A DNA stretch of 64,000 nt from Eledone cirrhosa (taxonomy: Eukaryota): assembly GCA_964016885.1 (NCBI GenBank), contig OZ024743.1:132060001-132124000 (forward strand). The letters are read 5' to 3'. Positions 59,001 through 64,000 of this stretch are shown in pieces. The translations under genes were made by a program, and so were the position numbers. The notes under the pieces are model-generated. The model did no database searches, was not told where the DNA came from, and was given only the letters and a program-made list of their open reading frames with translations. Position 1 is the stretch's first letter. The number at the start of each line of letters is the position of its first letter.

Positions 59001-60700
59001 GTGTTTGGTGCTTGGTGTCTGGTGCTTGGTGTCTGGTGCTTGGTGTTTGGTGTTTGGTGTTTGGTGCTTGGTGTTTGGTGTTTGGTGTTTGGTGTTTGGT
59101 GTTGTTGCTTGGTGCTTGGTGCTTGGTGTTTGGTGCTTGGTGCTTGGTGTTTGGTGCTGGGTGCTTGGTGTTTGGTGCTTGGTGCTTGGTGCTTGGTGTT
59201 TGGTGTTTGGTGCTTGGTGCTTGGTGTTTGGTGTTTGGTGTTATATGCTTGGTGTTTGATGCTTGGTGCTTGGTGCTTGGTGTTTGGTGTTTGGTGCTTG
59301 GTGTTTTATGCTTGGTGTTTGGTGCTTGTTGCTTGGTGTTTCTACTTGGTGCTTGGTGCTTGGTGTTTGGTTCTTGGTTCTTGGTGTTTGGTACTTGGTG
59401 CTTGGTGCTTGGTGTTTGGTGCTTGGTGCTTGGAGTTTGGTGTTTGGTGCTTGGTGCTTGGTGTTTTGTGTTTGGTGTTTGGTTTTTGGTGCTTGGTGAT
59501 TGGTGCTTGGTGCTTGGTCCTTGGTGTTTGGTGCTTAGTGCTTGGTGTTTGTACTTGGTGCTTGGTGCTTGGTGTTTGGTGCTTGGTCTCTTGGTGTTTG
59601 TTACTTGGTGCTTGGTGCTTGGTGTTTGGTGCTTGGTGCTTGGTGTTTGGTGTTTGGTGTTTGGTGCTTGGTGCTTGGTGTTTGGTGTTTGGTGCTGGGT
59701 GGTTGGTGTTTGGTGCTTGATGCTTGGTGTTTTGTGCTAGGTGCATGGTGCCTGGTGTTTGGTGCTTGGTGCTTGGTGCTTGGTCTTTGGTGTTTGGTGT
59801 TTAGTGCTTGGTGCTTGGTGCTTGGTGCTTGGTGCTTGGTGCTTGGTCCTTGGTGTTTGGTGCTTGGTGCTTGGTGTTTGGTGTTTGGTGCTTGGTGCTT
59901 GGTGCTTCGTGTTTGCTGTTTGGTGCTTGGTGTCTGGAGCTTGGTGTTTGGTGTTTGGTGCTTGGTGTTTGGTGTTTGGTGCTTGGTGCTTGGTGTTTGG
60001 TGCTTGGTGCTTGGTGCTTGGTGTTTGGTGCTTGGTGCTTGGTGCTTGGTCTTTGGTGCTTGGTGTTTGGTGTTTGGTGCTTGGTGCTTTGTGTTTGGTG
60101 CTTGGTGATTAGTGTTTGGTGCTTGGTACTTGGTGTTTGGTGCTTGGTGTTTGGTGTTTGCTGTTTGGTGTTTGGTGTTTGCTGTTTGCTGTTTGGTGTC
60201 TGCTTTTTGGTGTTTGGTGTTTGCTGTATGGTGTTTGCTGTTTCGTGTTTGGTGTTTGCTGTTTGGTGTTTGGTGTTTGCTGTTTGGTGTTTGGTCTTTG
60301 GTGCTTGGTGTTTGGTGCTTGGTGCTTGGTGTTTGGTGTTTGGTGCTTGGTGCTTGGTGCTTGGTGTTTGGTGCTTGGTGTCTGGTGCTTGGTGTCTGGT
60401 GCTTGGTGTTTGGTGTTTGGTGTTTGGTGCTTGGTGTTTGGTGTTTGGTGTTTGGTGTTTGGTGCTTGTTGCTTGGTGCTTGGTGCTTGGTGTTTGGTGC
60501 TTGGTGCTTGGTGTTTGGTGCTGGGTGCTTGGTGTTTGGTGCTTGGTGCTTGGTGCTTGGTGTTTGGTGTTTGGTGCTTGGTGCTTGGTGTTTGGTGTTT
60601 GGTGTTATATGCTTGGTGTTTGATGCTTGGTGCTTGGTGCTTGGTGTTTGGTGTTTGGTGCTTGGTGTTTTATGCTTGGTGTTTGATGTTTGGTGCTGGG
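56050..60700 (+). repeat. Three related copies with offsets 1383 and 2215
   Basis: ORF triplets 56143/57526/59741, 56210/57593/59808 and 56514/57897/60112. The shared variant CTAGGTGCATGGTGCCTGG occurs at ~56139, 57522 and 59737, and also at ~62036. Confidence 0.82.
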
Positions 60701-63700
60701 TGCCTGGTGTTTGGTGCTTGGTGCTTGGTGTTTATACTTGGTGCTTGGTGCTTGGTGCTTGGTGCTTGGTGCTTGGTCCTTGGTGTTTGGTGCTTGGTGC
60801 TTGGTGTTTGTACTTGGTGCTTGGTGCTTGGTGTTTGGTGCTTGGTTCTTGGTGTTTGGTACTTGGTGCTTGGTGCTTGGTGTTTGGTGCTTGGTGCTTG
60901 GTGTTTGGTGTTTGGTGTTTGGTGCTTGGTGCTTGGTGTTTGGTGCTTGGTGCTTGGTGCTGGGTGGTTGGTATTTGGTGCTTGGTGCTTGGTGTTTGGT
61001 GCTTGGTGCTTGGTGCTTGGTGCTTGGTCTTTGGTGCTTGGTGTTTGGTGTTTGGTGCTTGGTGCTTGGTCTTTGGTGTTTGGTGTTTAGTGCTTGGTGC
61101 TTGGTGCTTGGTGCTTGGTGCTTGGTGCTTGGTCCTTGGTGTTTGGTGCTTGGTGCTTGGTGTTTGGTGTTTGGTGCTTGGTGCTTGGTGCTTCGTTTTT
61201 GGTGTTTGGTGCTTGGTGTCTGGAGCTTGGTGTTTGGTGTTTGGAGCTTGGTGTTTGGTGTTTGGTGCTTGGTGCTTGGTGTTTGGTGCTTGGTGCTTGG
61301 TGTTTGTACTTGGTGCTTGGTGCTTGGTGTTTGGTGCTTGGTTCTTGGTGTTTGGTGCTTGGTGTTTGGAGCTTGGTGCTTGGTGTTTAGTGCTTGGTGC
61401 TTGGTGTTTGTACTTGGTGCTTGGTGCTTGGTGTTTGGTGCTTGGTTCTTGGTGTTTGGTGCTTGGTGTTTGGAGCTTGGTGCTTGGTGTTTGGTGCTTG
61501 CTGCTTGGTGTTTGGTGTTTGGTGCTTGGTGCTTGGTGTTTGGTGTTTGGTGCTTGGTGCTTGGTGTTTGTTGCTTGGTACTTGGTGCATGGTGTTTGGT
61601 GCTGGGTGCTTGGTGTTTTGTGCTTGGTTCTTGGTGTTTGGTGTTTGGTGCTTGGTGCTTGGTGCTTGGTGCTTGGTGTTTGGTGCTTGGTGCTTGGTGC
61701 TTGGTGCTTGGTGTTTGGTGTTTGGTTCTTGATGCTTGGTATTTGGTGCTTGGTGCTTGCTGCTTGGTGTTTGGTGCTTGGTGATTGATGCTTGGTGTTT
61801 GGTGCTTGGTGCTTGGTGTTTGGTTTTTGGTGCTAGGTGCTTGGTGCTTGGTGTTTGGTGCTTGGTGTTTGGTGTTTGGTGCTTGGTGCTTGGTGTTTGG
61901 TACTTGGTGCTTGGTGCTTGGTGTTTGGTGCTTGGTGCTTGGTGTTTGGTGTTTGGTGTTTGGTGCTTGGTGCTTGGTGTTTGGTGCTTGGTGCTGGGTG
62001 GTTGGTGTTTGGTGCTTGGTGTTTGGTGTTTTGTGCTAGGTGCATGGTGCCTGGTGTTTGGTGCTTGGTGCTTGGTGCTTGGTCTTTGGTGTTTGGTGTT
62101 TAGTGCTTGGTGCTTGGTGCTTGGTGCTTGGTGCTTGGTGCTTGGTCCTTGGTGTTTGGTGCTTGGTGCTTGGTGTTTGGTGTTTGGTGCTTGGTGCTTG
62201 GTGCTTCGTGTTTGGTGTTTGGTGCTTGGTGTCTGGACCTTGGTGTTTGGTGTTTGGTGCTTGGTGTTTGGTGTTTGGTGCTTGGTGCTTGGTGTTTGGT
62301 GCTTGGTGCTTGGTGTTTGTACTTGGTGCTTGGTGCTTGGTGTTTGGTGCTTGGTTCTTGGTGTTTGGTGCTTGGTGTTTGGAGCTTGGTGCTTGGTGTT
62401 TGGTGCTTGGTGCTTGGTGTTTGTACTTGGTGCTTGGTGCTTGGTGTTTGGTGCTTGGTTCTTGGTGTTTGGTGCTTGGTGTTTGGAGCTTGGTGCTTGG
62501 TGTTTGGTGCTTGCTGCTTGGTGTTTGGTGTTTGGTGCTTGGTGCTTGGTGTTTGGTGTTTGGTGCTTGGTGTTTGGTGGTTGGTGCTTGGTGCTTGGTG
62601 TTTGTTGCTTGGTACTTGGTGCATGGTGTTTGGTGCTGGGTGCTTGGTGTTTTGTGCTTGGTTCTTGGTGTTTGGTGTTTGGTGCTTGGTACTTGGTGTC
62701 TGGAGCTTGGTGTTTGGTGTTTGGTGCTTGGTGTTTGGTGCTTGGTGCTTGGTGTTTGGTGTTTGGTGTTTGATGCTTGGTGTTTTATGCTTGGTGCTTG
62801 GTGTTTGGTGCTTGGTGTTTGTATTTGGTGCTTGGTGCTTGGTGTTTTGTGCTTGGTTCTTGGTGTTTGGTGTTTGGTGCTTGGTACTTGGTGCTTGGTG
62901 TTAGGTGTTTGGTGCTTGGTGCTTGGTGTTTGGTGTTTGGTCCTTGGTGCTTGGTGCTTGGTGTTTAGTGCTTGGTGCTTGGTGTTTGTTGTTTGGTGCT
63001 TTCTGTTTGCTGCTTGGTGTTTGCTGCTTGGTGCTTGGTGCTTGGTGTTTGGTGTTTGGTGCTAGGTGCTTGGTGTTTGGTGTTTGGTGTTTGATGCTTG
63101 GTGTTTGGTGCTTGGTGTTTGGTGCTTGGTGCCTGGGGCTTGGTGTTTGGTGCTTGGTGCTTGGTGCTTGGTGTTTGGTGCTTGGTGCTTGGTGTTTGGT
63201 GTTTGGTGTTTGGTGCTTGGTGCTTGGGGTTTGGTGCTTGGTGCTTGGTGCTGGGTGGTTGGTATTTGGTGCTTGGTGCTTGGTGTTTGGTGCTTGGTGC
63301 TTGGTGCTTGGTGTTTGGTGCTTGGTGCTTGGTGCTTGGTGTTTGGTGTTTGGTGTTATATGCTTGGTGTTTGATGCTTGGTGCTTGGTGCTTGGTGTTT
63401 GGTGTTTGGTGCTTGGTGTTTTGTGTTTGGTGCTTGGTGATTAGTGTTTGGTGCTTGGTACTTGGTGTTTGGTGCTTGGTGTTTGGTGTTTGCTGTTTGG
63501 TGTTTGGTGTTTGGTGTTTGCTGTTTGGTGTCTGCTTTTTGGTGTTTGGTGTTTGCTGTATGGTGTTTGCTGTTTCGTGTTTGGTGTTTGCTGTTTGGTG
63601 TTTGCTGTTTGCTGTTTGGTGTTTGGTCTTTGGTGCTTGGTGTTTGGTGCTTGGTGCTTGGTGTTTGGTGTTTGGTGCTTGGTGTTTGGTGTTTGGTGTT

Positions 63701-64000
63701 TGGTGTTTGGTGCTTGTTGCTTGGTGCTTGGTGCTTGGTGCTTGGTGCTTGGTGTTTGGTGTTTGGTGCTTGGTGCTTGGTGTTTGGTGTTTGGTGTTAT
63801 ATGCTTGGTGTTTGATGCTTGGTGCTTGGTGCTTGGTGTTTGGTGTTTGGTGCTTGGTGTTTTATGCTTGGTGTTTGATGTTTGGTGCTTGGTGCTTGGT
63901 GTTTGGTGCTTGGTGCTTGGTGTTTGTACTTGGTGCTTGGTGCTTGGTTCTTGGTGTTTGGTGCTTGGTGCTTGGTGCTTGGTGCTTGGTGTTTGGTGCT

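Larger units (their letters stand above)
1..64000 (+). repeat. Heptameric tandem satellite array, consensus TTGGTGY (TTGGTGC and TTGGTGT interspersed), about 9,100 units, extending beyond both window edges
   Basis: Every line parses into 7-bp units TTGGTGC/TTGGTGT or close variants of them (e.g. TTGCTGT, TTGGTAC, TTGATGC, TTCGTGT, TAGGTGC, TTGGAGC), with occasional 6- or 8-bp units. No inversion or non-repeat insert was seen. Confidence 0.99.

Noticed and set aside
1-64000. Hundreds of + strand ORFs up to 1189 aa (WCLVLGA/WCLVFGV repeats), superficially like membrane or Cys/Trp-rich proteins
   Set aside because: Stop codons need A, which is nearly absent on this strand. The 7-bp period gives the same peptide in all three overlapping frames, most starts are TTG/GTG inside repeat units, and stops and frameshifts are tolerated freely. 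There is no coding signal.
1-64000. CRISPR array or other repeat-spacer system
   Set aside because: There are no unique spacers: everything between landmarks is the same heptamer. No cas or other genes are present.
1-64000. Canonical telomere (TTAGGG, TTTAGGG, TTAGG) or a freshly telomerase-synthesised tract
   Set aside because: The consensus differs, TTAGG occurs only as scattered single variants, and kilobase-scale copied variant patterns are not expected from telomerase addition.
1-64000. Cyanobacterial STRR-type or other bacterial heptamer repeats
   Set aside because: Those are short intergenic or intragenic tracts among genes. A gene-free array of 64 kb or more does not fit, although the host cannot be determined from the window.
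1-64000. Pure sequencing or basecalling artefact, or simulated low-complexity sequence
   Set aside because: Rare variants recur in conserved order, form nested lineages and are regionally stratified, which random error would not produce. Individual duplications could still be misassembled.
1-64000. The C/T string as an information-bearing code, and 21 units = 147 bp as nucleosome-length tuning
   Set aside because: Block duplication is enough to explain the repeated pattern, and no reading machinery is evident. No 147-bp periodicity of variants was seen, so the match is only arithmetic.

Overview
The whole 64 kb window is one uninterrupted, single-orientation tandem array of the 7-bp unit TTGGTG(C/T) (reverse strand (G/A)CACCAA). 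That is roughly 9,100 units, and the array runs off both ends. I found no unique-sequence segment, credible gene, RNA gene, transposon or CRISPR array. The ORF track is a compositional artefact. The + strand is nearly A-free and the - strand nearly T-free, so stop codons are rare, and a 7-bp period gives the same heptapeptide in all frames. The array does have internal structure. The C/T choice at position 7 and a few dozen rarer variant units form a barcode that is copied in blocks of about 0.1-5.3 kb, as nested in-register duplications and as a roughly 2 kb quasi-higher-order repeat with shuffled modules. Diagnostic variants are confined to particular zones. The best reading is a recombination-amplified, GT-rich, telomere-like satellite, probably eukaryotic. 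Organism and chromosomal position cannot be determined from this window. Block boundaries were read by eye and are approximate. Offsets come from matching entries in the ORF track and were spot-checked in the sequence.
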